From Glycera tridactyla (taxonomy: Eukaryota): a stretch of 64,000 nucleotides of DNA. Made by a program: the position numbers and the translations under genes. Below, in pieces: positions 36,601-52,388 of this stretch. Each line of letters begins with the position of its first letter. The stretch's first letter is position 1. Location of the stretch: positions 114,390,001 through 114,454,000 of the forward strand of contig OZ286459.1 in assembly GCA_965644265.1 (NCBI GenBank), given 5' to 3'. The notes under the pieces were generated by a model. It made no database searches, was not told the DNA's origin, and worked only from the letters and a program-made list of their open reading frames with translations.

Positions 36601-39600
36601 ATTTTTCAGAACTTCGCACCTATCAAAAACATACCACATGATTTCTCAGGCTAGTTTATGGTAACTTGCCCATGTACTCCACTTATGGTCATCCATTCCA
36701 CACCATGGAAGCTTCCCCTGAACGCAAGTTCGACTGAAGCTAATGCCATTTGGGGTTTTGAACGACCTCCAAACATACCCTCAATATGTCCTAGATGGTC
36801 CTAACGAACGTATAACAACCTAACAACCAACCAGCTTAGCTCCCCTCGTTCTTTTTAAGAAACTGTTCATTTTCTGACTGTCATGTTCATTCCCTTTCTA
36901 TCCCCTTTTTACCCGCCCCTCTCCCCCTTCACACCATACTCGCCTGCCATTGCCAAAGTTTTTCAGTTAGGCCCTGTTTTTGTATTTTTGTATGCAAATG
37001 TTATGACCTCCGGGTCGTTTCCTACAAAGTATTATAAAATGAACAGTCAAATACAGGACGTTGATCCTGCGACTAAAATGGACACAGTTATCAGTGCGCT
37101 GATCCATCACAGTATATATCCCGCATGGTGAGTCAAGAAGGGAATGTTGACAAATGTGAATTTAAGAGACTTACCACAGTGGGTGGCATCAGGAGCCTCC
37201 ACGGATCCCGGGCCACAAGCCAGCTTGCGAGAGATGTGTGTGAGATCGGGGTTTGCCGTCACCCGATGGCCCGCCACCTCCAGAATTAACGCCCTCCCGC
37301 GGGTACGATTTAGCAGGGACTCTCCGACCAGTCGAAGCTCTTCACTTGTTCTCTGAAATGTTGGAGCTGAAAGAGATATGCTACTGCTTATAGAGGATAA
37401 CAACAGTCAGCTCCAGAAATTTCCACCAGGGTGTTCCACTTCATCGGCACAACGTGGCACTTGCAGTGGACTGACTTTCACTTCCTGTCGATAGAAATCT
37501 CTGTGAATGTGGAATATGGTTTCAAGTGTTTTCCTGCTATCAATATGATATATCCGACTTGAGAAGTCATTTTGATCATCATATGTGTCCCATGAAGTAA
37601 AAAAGATCAGTTGTACACCTCATATGCTCGAAGTACAGCCAGTACAGAATCAACTATTCGATCAACTGATTTGTAGAGAAATCATCATCATCGCTTGTTA
37701 ACTTTCGGAATTATGCTCTTTAAGTGTGATGTCAATCAACATTGCTATAGTGTTCGATAAGTATGTGACGTCATGACATAGTTGTGACGTCGGTGGCAGT
37801 GGCCTGAGGAGAATCCCTTTGGATTGTGGAGGATACCCCAAGGGTTCCAGCTTAATGGGTATCCAACAACAACAAAATCAAAAACAACAACAACAATAAT
37901 AACAACAACAACAACTGTCAACAGGGCTCCCATTACATAATAAGTAAAAGTGTATTTCATCAATAGGATATATGGTGTATACTCACCTAGCTGAGTCCCA
38001 TGTGAGATTTCCCCGTGATAGACCAGAGACATTCGGATGTTGACACTCTGGTTGTGCGTATTTCTGCGGATGCGGCGGCTACTATCATCAGTATCCAGGT
38101 CACATCCATCGACCTGGGGGTCCTCCAGCGAGCAGGTACCGTCCTGGAGACAGGCGATGCCCGTAGTCTCTTCATAGGCCCGTGCCTTGACTTTCTGCCG
38201 GATTTCTCCCAGTTCCTCTTGCGAGGTGCACTCTATTGGAAAGGATGCCTCGAATGCATAGGTTGCTGTTTTAGTCGTGTGTATCTCTGGAAAATATATA
38301 TTGTACTGTACCAGAAAAAGATTCGATGTTTGTGGTTATTATGCATTTTCTACCCCCTGGAAACCCAGAGGATGGGGTCGTGACTCATGAATGGTTCCAA
38401 GAAGCCCCCCTTGTGAATTTCATGAATATATACCTCCCATTGTGGGTCCCACAGCATGGGCGTCTCAATGTAGTCCACGTGGTGCATGTGTCGTCAAACA
38501 ATTAAATAACCAATAGACCCCTTTGCCTATAGCAGGGGCGTCACAATATAGCCAAAATGTGATAACGAGACATTTCCTTATCTGGTAATATCATTGGATG
38601 GGAATTTTCCCTACCTATATGATGATAAAGTCGAAGCCGCTCGAAAGACAACCTCTCTATAAAGATCACCAGCATACAATGGCCACCCTGAGCTGCGACC
38701 ACGACAATATTTTCAACAGTAGATTACCTGTCTACAATGGCTTACAAAAGTCGCTTTATGATGCAAGCGAAGGTGGCCCCTACAGACAGGTTCGACCGCT
38801 GTAACAGCCAATGGGATTGAATGAACAGGATGTCCCCAAGCCAATCCACCTCGTGAAAGATCCCCCGAACATTTAACTGGCTAGGTTTCTTGCTTTTCTA
38901 CCACAGATGCGATTCCAAATATATAACGGAACTGGCCACTGTAAACAGTGATATTCCATTGAATCATATCATTCCATACATGGAAATTGCCATCCATACC
39001 TGATTAAGGTTTCATATATTTCGCCTCGCTCAGAAACAAGCATTACTATCATACTTGAGTGTCAGCCTCGAGCCAATACATAATTAGCTATGCCATTTCG
39101 AGGTTCACCCTGTTCATGTCAGTTGGTTGGAGGGTTGTTTGAACAGTCAACTACTTTGACATGAGAACCTTTCATGTTTTTCATCTTATGATCGGGGTTT
39201 GTGTAAGCATCATTCACATGCATCATGAATCGCTACCTCTGATAAATCTCTTTGATATTCTGTGATAATCCTCTTGCTTGGCGAAGCCATTTTCGACAGC
39301 TCAAAAGTTTTTTTAATTGGCCTTGACCCAAGGTGATGACAAAAATATAAGATAAAGTTCGTCGAAAATCATTCAAAATTCGAAACGGAAGTCGCTAACC
39401 CTGACAAAAGATAACATTGATTGTCTTCTGTTGCAGTCGCAATGTGGCATCTCACATTTGGTTGAGAGAATAGTATGAAGTTATCATTCACAATACGAGA
39501 GTTGACGTGATTTCCTCACAGCCCTTTCCTACACTGAAGATGAGGCATCTATTTCATCATTACATCTTTGCATTCAAAAGTATCATCCATACGTGATTCA

Positions 39601-42600
39601 TTTCACACTTTCATCAAATAGGAATGCGAAAGGCCATTCCGATTTCACTGATATTGGAGGGGTGACAGTCAAGTGTTATTTCAAGATGGCAGCCATTTAT
39701 GCCCTAAAGTGTTGCCATCAATGAATGGGATGTATGCAGCATCCACCCTTCTCTTTCACTCAATGAATGCTGACCTATGCCTGTGCTATGACATCTCCTA
39801 CATGGCCTGTGCCAGCTATCATTCCTTCTTTTCTGTTTAGTATGGACTTTCCTCACTCCACACTGCAATATGATTTTTATATCAATCACTCACCCGCTGA
39901 GTACACAGAAAGAGGGTTTGGTTGTTCGATGTTCGTGTCCACAATGTATGGATAACAACAACAACATAGAAACTGATGCTCATTATGTTACACCCAGTAG
40001 GAGCATTATCCGTAATATCGTAATATCCGCAATGCCAAATAAAAGCAATTGAAAGTGAATGGGAAGCAGTATTGCGGCCTCAAACATATCAAAGCAATGT
40101 GAAAAATGTGAAATATGCAAAAGGCAAATTTTGAAACATATACAGTCGAACCTTTTCCAAAAAACTGCAAACTATATCGTGATACCACTTCCTCATGACA
40201 CGAAGACGTTTTTTTCAAAATGGGACTTGAAGTTCTGTGTGATCGGTCGGTTAACCTTTGCCAATGCAATGATGTTTATTACTGAATTTCTTGAAGGGAG
40301 TCTTTATCATTTAGACATCATCTGCGCACCCTTCGAAGCCTCACAACTTAGTGCATTGTGGGTGGATAAGGAATTGCAAATCGATTAATTCATTTGAATA
40401 CCCAAGTGATTCATAATTGATAAATGCTCTTTAATCTAATCACTGAATCCTAAGCATACATATCCAATACACGAAAAAGAAAGATAAAAAAGAACACTCG
40501 CAACACACAGAAATATAATGAAATTGTATGTGTCTGATTCATCCAATCACTTCGTAAATCTGGTAAAATTGGAACTTCACAGTATACGAATCTTTCGTAA
40601 TCTGGCACGGTCTGAGACTTTTTTCTTGTCCATGTTCTATGCACATTTACCATTCGGCGAATCAATGCAGGATTATTGCCCTACAATCACAGACCTTTTC
40701 CGATGGCAGGTAACCTGTCTACAAGCACTGTCAAAATCAAAGAAAAATTATATCAAACTAAAAAACAAGAGCAAGATGAAGATAACCAATAAGGGATCAT
40801 TGTGATCCGCTGGCAAAGCATTTTGGATTAATGCGAAATGCGAAATAAATACCACTTCTATTGTTTGGTATAGTTACATACCATTTTGTGAATGCACTCT
40901 ATAGAGGATAGCGGTGTCTGAAAATATAATTGGACCAATCTTGTTCAAGTTCCTGTGTCGCAGATCATACCATTTTCCCCTTATTGCATCCCAATGCTTG
41001 TGATTATTATGCCTGCGATTTTCATTTCATTCCACGTTCTGACAGAGAGCCAGAGGTAGGAGTCCTAAAAATCCCACCCATGCACATGGCATGGGTGTCT
41101 CAATATCGCCGCAGTTGACGAGACGATAACAAAAAACAAATCTCGATATGACCTGATTAGTCCTCCAATTGATTTCAATCTGGAACATTTCTACCATCGC
41201 AAAATATGGGTGGTATTATCGAGACGGGAGACAACCAAGCAACCCAATCGTATTGTTATCTTTTGCACGAATGAAGATAAAAATGAATTTTCAACTCGAG
41301 GAAAACCCGTAAAAAGTAAGGTCGAATGATATCAACCAATGCTGAACACGATGTCTCAAGAATACAGTATTGTGATCCAACTGGTCAGCCCACAATCGAT
41401 CAATCAATCATTCAATCAATCGATCAATCAATAAATCAAACAACTAATCTAACATCCATCCACTACTCTTCGAGTGTCTGTGAGTTCCACAAATTTTCAC
41501 CTTTCTTTGTGGACCCATTCAATCAATCAAACAATCAATTCAACACCCATCCACTACTTTCCCCATTATTGAAGAGCAATATGCAAATACTCAACTCACT
41601 GGTGCATGCCGGGAGAATGCAGCGGGGATTGTCGGGGGATTCGTGTGGCCATAGGTAGGAGGTGTTGCGACCACACGTGTAGACGTCAAAGATGGGACTG
41701 CTGAAGTCGTAGCCTTCATCACAGGAGATGGTACACAGATGCATCTCGTCCCCTTCCTCTGCCTCCTCCACACACTCCAAACTTCCCCGGTACGGACGAC
41801 GCAATCGCTTACAAACTGGGTGAGAAGAAAAGGTCGGATGATGATCATGGTAGTGGTAGAGGTGAACGAGGTGAGTGACAATGATGACGGTGATGTTGGG
41901 GACGACGACGACGACGACAACGAAGAAGAAGAGGGCTACGACAGTAGAAAGAGAAGGCTATGATAGTAGAAAAAAGGCCGAAATGAAGAACGGTAAGCAA
42001 AAGATGTAGTAGTAGTAGAAGAAAAAGAAGAAAGAGGAGAAAAAGAAGAAGAAGAAGAAGAAGAAGAAGAAGAAGAAGAAGAAGACAAAGAAGAAGACAA
42101 AAAGAAAGAAAGAAAGAATGAATGAAAGTAATAGAAGGTGATATCATTTATAACACCAACATCGATAAACATCTGAGTCGGTGATTTTTCAGAAGCACAT
42201 ATGTATCTGCATTGTACCTATATGCCGTTCTCCTAGCGGATCTGCGAAGGAGACCTGAATCAAGACCAGGAAAAGGACCGGGAAAGTATAGTGTACATAT
42301 CTCTACCCACCTGGACATGTCTGTTCATTGCAAACTTTCATCTCGACTGCTGCTCCCTCACACGAGTGGCCGCCGTTGCTAGGCGACGGGCTCGTGCACG
42401 TTCGATTCCTCAACGTTGCGCCTCCGTCACACGTCTGAGAGCACCGAGACCATTCGGACCAGTCCGACCAACCACCATGAACTACAAAAGTCATTGCTGT
42501 GTGCCTCGACCACCCAAACTACATCCCAAAATATCGGAAACAACCCGGGCACCTTCGCGGTACACCCCCACAAATACTCCAGGGTGCGTATACAGAAGAG

Positions 42601-44560
42601 AGACTCCCAACCATCTACCGCGGTACGCCCAAGCGCGTCCCCAAATACCACCCTTATTCCACCGCTCTTTAAACATGCAAGAGCCTTATCAGCTATATCA
42701 TATCAATGTATCTATAACAAAACTGGTAGCTAGTCTAAGCAATTAGTTAACTGGTTAATAGCATAGCATAAACATCAAATATTAATTATGAATGCTGGAA
42801 TTACCAAAGAGGTTCTATGTAAGCTTGCATTCCATGGTTGGTAACAATATCAAAGATTCATTGTACTATATTATGATAGGGGTACCTGCACCATACCAAT
42901 CTGGATCATGTCGAAGATGAGTAGGAAGGTAGCATAGATTATTTAGCAAATTGCAATGCTACCCATCTCCCGATCTCAAATCCATTTATACATGTTTTCA
43001 TTATAAACCAATAGATATTGTATCTATGCAACCCTATTTTCAATTACCAAAAATGTGGATGGGAAAGTGCAGCCACCCCTTCTTCAAAAGATAAAATACA
43101 TAAATGATCTTATAATCCGATTACAACTGGCCTAAATCTAATAGAAGAGTACTCTTATCTATATAGATAAACAATGTAATAAGTCTTATAAAATATTAAT
43201 TCAAGACTTATCCTGCCAAATGACTATTACATGCTTGAATAATTCATTGGTATTTACGACACAAGTGGCAACTTCATGAGGCTGTTTTGTGATGGTATAT
43301 CCAATAGTGGGACGAATACAATACTAGTACATGACCTGGCAGGACAAGGTCTTAGAAAGAAATGGAGCAATCTAATTATCATAGATATTCTATAATGCTA
43401 AGCTTGACTTGATATAATAGGTAGTGCAACCGGCTTAGTACTGCTTATCCACACCCATCACCCTCTTAGCATGACTACGAAAAGCTAGAAAGCACGCTAT
43501 CTTCGTGGCTTTATTCCTTGCTTTGGTGGTTTCAGAGTAGCAATTCTGTAGGCTGAAAACATAAATGACACTTTGCGTGTCTCTGAATTTCATAAATTGT
43601 CACTTTCCGTTGGGGCTCAGAAGGAGGAGTCTTCATTGATCCTACCCATGTCCACTCCATGGGTGTCACAATATAACCCACTAGGTGCTGATGTGACGTT
43701 AAACCAGAGCCAACCTACCAACTTCAGCACACAAAGGCAAATGCTTATGGTATGTGCATACCATGCATAGAGGGAATGGTTGGTGTCCATAAACACCAAT
43801 GCCCTCAAAATACTCCGCACTCCTTATTCTCCGGAATGATTTGAATGGTCCACATTTCCCAGATGGTAGCAATGACAGAACCACGAAATTGCAGCTTTCA
43901 AAGCAATGAAGGCCAACCCGTTATTAGTTGCCATGGCAATGGATACACAGTGCATGCTGGTTGAATTATCGAACAAATATACAGAATAATCAGTTGTTAA
44001 CATATAAGTAAGGTTGCGCCGGAAATCAAGCTCATTGAAAAGGGAAGCAACATCCAAATGGGAGAAGGCCAATAAAGTTGAGTTGAGTTGGTTTCCGTTA
44101 GAGGACAAAGTTACGCACGCATGTTGACATGCGTTACGTGCGTCCATGATGGGTAGAAGGGGGTGATGTTACATGCATGATAACTGACCTTCTATATACT
44201 GGCAGAAGGTGCCCGAGTAGGATGGCCGACAGTTACAGATGTAGGTTTCTTCACTGGTTGGGATGCATGTACCCCCATGGAGACACGAATGTCGGCTACA
44301 GTCGTATACTCTTTGTTCGCAATGAGTTCCTGGCAGGAAAAACAAATGACAATCAATAGTAAAAAAGTGATCCAATCAAAGGAGAGTTCATTCACTTTAT
44401 CGACCCCACCCCTCATCTTCATCCTCATCCCATTCAATACATTTTGTTCCATCACAGTAGATATCCATTTTCGTATTTCATTGTGTTGTATATTCAGATC
44501 GTTACTCTCACTGACTGATGTTCACATTGTAAATAAGTGTGATGGTGATACTGAATAAAG

Positions 44561-44605
<45 letters not shown>

Positions 44606-46298
44606 CCAATCAATCAAAGAAGTGGCTATCATATCCCTAAAACTCGTAACGACAACGAAGAAGAGGGATCCCTATCCGTGCCCCTTGTATGCACGTTTCA
44701 ATATAGAAGTTAAGGAGCTGACGTGACATTAAATCACAATCTACCAAGCAAACAAGCAACCCACCAGGTAGACAACCAACCACGGGTAGGGCAGATAGAT
44801 AATTTCATTCAATTACACAATCATATGGCCTATTGGCACAGTGTCTGGGTCTTGCTGATCAGACGTAATACAACTGACCGACCGACCAACCAACCAACCA
44901 ACCAACCAACCAACCAACCAACAAACTAAACGACCAATCAACTAATCAAACTTGAACCCATCACAATTATAACTCGAGGGGCGAACTATTGACAATAACG
45001 GAATTCCATCTCCCATCGGACACCATACTTATGCTTTTTTGTTGCACTCTCAATCCGTGGCTCAAACAAAATGGAAATCATATCATAATAATTGATTGTT
45101 TCGACCCATGTACTTCAGAATTCCACTCCACATATCATATTGCTCATATGTACATTGAATTCAAACGGATCCACATGCATGTTCATTGAAATTGGCGATT
45201 TCTCGGCTCAAAGTTACTGCTAAACACCCCGCTTTTGTGAGCTGAACGAGGGCATTAATGCACATTTCAAACTGAATATAAATGAGGGGGAAAGACGAGA
45301 TCCGGGGTAGTAAATCAAGGTTCTTACCTGTAAATCCAGGTCGACATTGACAGAGGTAGGAAGCTAACGAGTCGACACAGCGACCGTTATTCAAACACGG
45401 ATTTGACGCACAGTCATCGATGTCTGCAAAAACAAACAGAGGTGTTGTTTATCTCCATCAAGGTAGCCCCATCTGGGGTACGGCACCGGCGTTATTTTCG
45501 CACCAGGACATAACAGCCGCATAGGTAAACGAAATGCTATGGTCACAATCGAATGGTAAATGCATTCGATGTAAATCAGGGCTCTATGTCCGTCAACAAC
45601 ACACGAATATGTGCTGGATGATTGAGTCAGATGAGGCAGGAAAATAGTTTGAGAATTTCATAAACGTACGCCGTTTGGCACCAAGGAACATGTGGCTCAA
45701 CCGATCCCATTCATAAAATTGCATGGGTTCTCGATATAACACATATATGAGAGTGTCATTTCATTGTTTGTGCTCCCGTTGTGGGGCTTCCTGTCATTGA
45801 TACAACATATGTCACAAACCGCCATCACAACAGCTGCACCATCACAGGTAGCATTCGCAGCAGCAGCAGCAGCATACCACCACTGCCACAACGGCAACAT
45901 GATCATCATCGACATGATCATCAACATCTTCACGATAGTAATCATCATGATCATGCTCATGATGCTGGTGTTGCTGCTGCTGATGATGATCATCATGATC
46001 ATCATCACCATCATGATCTTCAGCATGATTATCATCACGTTTCTAATATCATCATTATCATCATTGCCATTTTCATTATCATCATTGTCATTACCCATCA
46101 CTATTGTTACCATCATTATTATCACCATCAGTACTTTGACTACTACTCATCATCATCATTAATCTCGTTCCCATTATTCATTAACATCAATTATTATAAC
46201 TATAACTACAATCAATCATTGTCATTATTGTTATTACTATAACTATAACAAATCATTATTATCGTTGTTATAACCATTACTCCAGTAGATTATTATTA

Positions 46299-46341
<43 letters not shown>

Positions 46342-46342
46342 C

Positions 46343-46375
<33 letters not shown>

Positions 46376-49300
46376 GATATACTTATTGATATCATTATTA
46401 TCATGCTAAATTACCGAGACATTGTGTGACGTTGACTGATCCTGGTTCGACCGAGGCTGTACCACGTGGGCACGGTTTACATCGGAACTGGGCCTCCTCA
46501 TTCTGGTAGCTCCCAACGCCACATATCACACAACGGTTCTGACGCACGTCAAAGTACGTACCAGCGCCACACGGTACTGAAAACACCGACAGGACAAACA
46601 TACATCAATGATCGGGAAGCTATTGAATTTCATGTGGCTATTCAAGTTGTCATCATCCGGTGACGATTTCTCATGATCTCTGCAAAAGAAATTATTCAAT
46701 GAGGCAACCACTCTGAAACGTTGCATGGACTAATATGACTCTTTCTCATTGTCTCTCACTATCTCTCTGTATCCTCAACCCAATGTATTCCGACTGGAAT
46801 ATCAAAGGCTTCATGGTCGTGTATACAAGTATATGTTCCTGTATGCACGTTAAAGAACCACTGCTGTTTTTCACAAAGAGTAGGGACGCCCCCCGGCAGC
46901 GGTGACTCTTTTCATCAGCATTTGCGGCAGTCCGATATAAACCTAGGTGATTGAAATGACGTCAAGCGCAAACAAATAAAACAAAACAAATCTGTAATCT
47001 ACCCCCTCTCGACTGGCTGGCCGTGTACATAGGTTCCTGTATGCACGCACAAGAACCACTGCTGTCTTTCACAACCCCAGGCAGCGGTGCCTCTTCTTCT
47101 TCAGTATTTCAGTCTGATATTACCCACGGTGATTCATAGGTTGTCAAACCCAAACAGACACACCTTCGACTGTGCTTTGGAACAAAAGAGGAGCTTGATG
47201 GGAAGTTGTCAACTTCATTCAGTCGTATTGCCTTCGCATCAACTAGTCAGTGAGGCAGAATGTGATGCATGCATGTGCTGGAAAACGGCCATCAGGTTTA
47301 CACATTTCAAAGAACTCAAGATGATCTTGGTAGCGGCTTCCACGTTGTGAACTACAGAGTACATTTCCTACTTGAAATATACCAACACCAAAATATGCTT
47401 GTCTCGGATGCAGAATCAAGACTTGTTTATTCATTGCATTCAGCGAAGAAAAGAGCATCCCTTTGGAGACACAGGGCCTTCTTCAACAAGTCTCCTGACT
47501 ATAATTTACCTCAAAGGTTCTGTTTATATGTGAATGACTACTTTTTCACTTCCTTCTGAGGACCCTTTAGGTGAAGTCATAAATGATCCCCCTCATACCA
47601 ATTAGGTGGACATCTCACTATAGGTTCAATATTGCTAATGAGATGGGAACCAACTGGACAATCAACCAATTGACTCAGATGAACACAGGAACTGTACAAG
47701 GGATATTCTAATAACATGACTTGCCGAACTTCTGATGCTCGAATGTCAGTCCGGTGATTTCAGCAGCTGGAGATCCAGCCTGCCTACTCTTCACTGTGAG
47801 CAGCACTGATTACTCTACTTCCTTTGTTCATAGTGCAGCCCGCAAGAGGCACCGCCTGGTGTAACGTGGCTACAGTTCTTGTCCAGCCTTTTTAAGGACG
47901 CCTGCCTTTTCTTACACTGACACATGGGACTGCAGTTTAGATGACAAAAATGTGAACATATTTCAACATTTTCTTCTGGAATGCAAATGGATGATGATAA
48001 ACTGTTCTGATTCCCATGTAACCTGGTGTGGCTGTTGTAAAGGCATGTTTGCTTCGCATGGATCATTTGGATAGCTCTTTATGAGTTTACTTTTCCTGCT
48101 TCTTGCCAGCTCATGATCGATGTTGGCTCTCCATCAGGTTTGATACTGCTAATGATATGAATACTCTCTACTTTTTTCTATTCATTTCAAGCTGATGTTT
48201 CATCGCATATTATGGATATACTTTAAAGCATTTTAATCTTGCTTAAGTCAAGGCCGAGGCTACGATAGAGCAGATAGTATGATGCATGGTGATTCTGATT
48301 ACACGAGAGAGCCGTAATCGACGGATGCTAAAGTCCTTGTTGGTATCGACCCCTTTGGAAACCCACGTGAAAGCAACGTACACTTCACTGCGAGTAAACG
48401 CACTGACAAAATATTTACACTTGCCTGGAAATTTCAAATACACCATATCAAATACATCATAGGTCTCTCTTGATTTTCCATTAGGATTTGCTGTCGACTA
48501 GATTTGATTGAATTGAATTGAATAATTGCACTTCGAGATGTTCACTACATTGAAACGCCAATCAATCAATCAATCAATCGATGGAATAATCAATCAACCA
48601 ACCGATCGGTCAATCAGTCAATCAATCAACCAATCATTAAGTCAATAGAGCATTCAATCTCGATCCATCAATCGATGGATCGACTAATTATTCAATCAAT
48701 CAAATGACTATTCATTCATTCATTCAATCAATCGACCAAATAATCAGTCAGGTTGGAAATCAAACGACAAAAATGAGTTCATGAACCAAGGAGAAAGGCA
48801 TCGTGAATTGGTCATTAAGGGAGCATCGGTTGGTGAGTCGATCCACATTGATTTGGTCGGACGCCGAACCAGCAAGAAGGGCAGTTGTTAGAGTGGAGTT
48901 AGTATTACATAACTGTAGGGAACGAAAAGATCACGGAGGCCAAGTCCACCATCCCGAGGTGACACATGTCAAATTAACACATCCGGGGACAAAATGGGCT
49001 GTAGAACTTGATAAATCAATGAACATAAAGTTGCAATTGAAAGGTTTGTTTGTTTGAGTTTACCGTCACTTAAACCCGCTTGGGTTATATCGGACTGAAA
49101 AAACTGAAAATGCTGAAGAAAAGAGTCACTGCCTGTCGGGGGCTGTCCCTACACTTTGCGAAAGACAGCAGTGTATCTTTAACATGCGTAAAGGAAAAGG
49201 CTCCTGAATACACGGCCGGCCTTTGATATCCCAGTCGGCATGCACTGGGTTCGGACATACTGATTGTCTCAGTACTACATGGATGTTTCATGTTGTATGA

Positions 49301-52300
49301 AGGATACATCTATTCATACCAATGGTTCACAAACCTCTCGCCTCAGATATGAGGTGATTTATCGCAAGAGCGATAAAAAGGGATATTTCCTGTCGGAGCA
49401 AACATAGGACGCAAGATGGCAGCTGCTCAGATGACTCGCCGGGTCCATTTCACTTATGTTCACGCACCCTAATCTCACAAACCACCTATTCAGTGCTGCC
49501 AACTGGGTTATCAAAGGCCGGTCATGTGAGTCAATATAAATGCTGCATGCACGAGAACGACCCACCCAGATCTTTCACAAAGAGTACGGGAACTTCTCCA
49601 ATAGATGCGCCCAATTCTTCAGCTGATTGTTCTACCCATGAAGAAAAATCTTAAAAAAATGAAAATAAGAATAAGAATACAGAAAATACAGAAAATACGC
49701 AATTTTACGAATTAATTTCAAGTCCAGCTATTGTCTGATATAGACATTTGACACGGCAGGCAGTGACTCTTTTCTTCAGCATTTTCAGTTTTTTAGTCCA
49801 ATATAACCCAAGCGGGTTCAAGTGACGTTAAACTCAAATGAACAAACAAACTATAGCGAGCATGATGTCACAGTGAGTATCAGTCTTGTGGCTGTCAGAC
49901 TGTCTGAGCGATAATGCATGCGCTGTATACCTTGAAAGGCTCTGCACACACAACTATGCATGATTTGTTGTACTGCATTGCATTCAGGCCTGTAGGTCAG
50001 CTTCCTGACTGTCATGAAATGTAAACGGAGGTGTGTCTTAATTGTCAGCTGAGACACACCCTTCCACCCCGCATCATCTGGCTTCAGAGGTTGGGAGAGT
50101 GTGAAACATCCCGCATAGCTTATGATATGGGTGAGACTGGACAGGAATTACACTATGAGTGTCTGTGAATTTGATAGATTTTACCTCCTGTTTGGGACCC
50201 GGGAGGAGGAAACTTGAATGATCGCACCCAAGCCCATTGCATGGGCATCACAATATAGCACAAATGAAGCCGATGTGACGTTAAATCATAACCAACCAAC
50301 CTTTCAGCTACCCCCTTCGTGCCGTAAATATGGATAATAATGGACTGAAATCTAGAAACCAATCTAAAATCAACAGTGAATGCATCACTCAAGCAGATTT
50401 GTGAAATATATGGTACAAACGACTTCCAGGTCACATACATTCATTTGGTGTCACTCCAATGGTTGTACACATTTTGACTAAAATCATGCATTTCGTCCAA
50501 TCAATTCAGCATCACACGATAGTAACATTCTATGATTCAAATACATTTGCATTGAAACACAAAGTGTGAAGTATGCTCATTCCTCAATCACAAAGGAAAA
50601 CATGCAATATGAGTACTGATACAGACAAAGACACAGACACATACGCGCGGACACACCTCCACGGAGTCGCTCTACAACCACAGGAAAAAAGAAACCATCA
50701 GGATTTGACACTAATGCTCATTCTCGGAACCATAGTGCTTTCAGCAGAATTTTGAAGCTTCCAATTATAGGTTGTTGTATGCTATTCAATATGAAATACA
50801 TAAACCAAATAGGTCATGAAACAACTTCACTCGATAGCCGACATCAATGGCATGAGAGCGCGCCAAGCAACCCGCCCCTTACAGAGTAGCAATAGCATCT
50901 CACTTTCAATGAGCATCACTATCTGGAATATCGTATTTCTGTCAGGGTGAATAATACTCTTGCAGTGAGAGAATTGTGATTTCGATTCAAGGGTTTTCTC
51001 AGGCGTCCATGAATACGCCTCAATGATGAGCTTGACTATAGTGACGTTCAGTCCCAATGAGACCTATCCTGCAATTATCTATACATAGAACCCAATAATA
51101 TGATGTACAATAATGTACCAATGATGTACAATTGAAGGGATTTTCTCAAGCGTTCAAGAATAAGCTGCATGATTTTGAAATGGTTTATGTAGAAGCCTCT
51201 AGCATCTCGCGATAGCAATGATGTTTACCAACATTGTTCAATCCGAGTCGGTTCTTTATTTCTTGTTTAACGTCAATTGTGCTATATCGTGATGTCCATG
51301 CAATAGGCAAAGGTGGGATCACTCAAGATGACGCCTTCTGGGTCCTTAATGGAAGGTGATTCCTCTAAGCATTCAGGGAACTCCACAAGAATAAAGTGGA
51401 TGATTTCGAACTTCAGTTTAATGAAAACCATTATTATGATAGTTCACATAGAACCTCATAGGATCGCTTGAAAACCTTGATGTATCGATTGGGGAACGTC
51501 AGACTTCATAGTGTCATAGTGAATCGATCCCTTGCGACCTTGTGGCGGGCGCAAGGCTGGTCTCACCAACTGATTGGGCTGGCATTCACATTTCCGTCTA
51601 GCCGCGTGTCAAGCGCCATTCACACTTCCGACTGGCTGTGTGGCCAGAGCTGATTGCTCACATATCAGCGGCCTCAATGTACTGGTCACGCCGCCGTTTT
51701 GAAAAAAGAGGAGACGCCTATATTCATCAAATGACGTCCATAGCAGCAACATTTGGGATGCAGATCTCCATCCCCGAGCAAATTAACTTGCCAGCCATCC
51801 TCCATTCACTAGCCTGGTGGCCATGAGCTCGGCCAAAAGCCAATGTGTCTGCAGTAGTTTTTGTCCAACTAGCGCTCAGACTGCAGACAATAGGGAACTA
51901 TCAAGTCGCCAGATGGCAGTTTGTCGTCATCAGCATCACCATTGTCGAAATAAAACATGACCATTCGTGATAGTTTCCTTGGTAACTTTCGGTGGACTAC
52001 GTCCACTTTTGAATAGACTACCAATCATTGTATTCGCATACTATGCCCAATGGTTTTTATTCCCACCAGACATTTGCTGGAAAGCTGCCACTCCGAAATC
52101 TCCCCCAGCGCCTGCTTTGGTTGATGTATCACTCCACGTAAAAATCCACGGCAGAAGGCATTCTCATGTATCCGCGTGGCCTTGCCGGATATATAGGTGA
52201 GTAGGAGAAATTTCAGGTGGTTGTATTATCTGTGCCAACACTGGTATTTGTTGTTCCTTAGCCCATTTCCAAGTGTGATTTTTTTGTCCATTTGTCATGT

Positions 52301-52342
52301 TGTTGAATCGTGTGTATGTGTGAGGAGTGTGTGAGTGTTTGG

Positions 52343-52388
<46 letters not shown>

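Noticed and set aside
51450-52300. Faint resemblance to a decayed BEL/Pao integrase zinc-finger region (minus strand)
   Set aside because: Needs several frameshifts and shows no clear HHCC or DDE residues; cannot be supported without tBLASTn.
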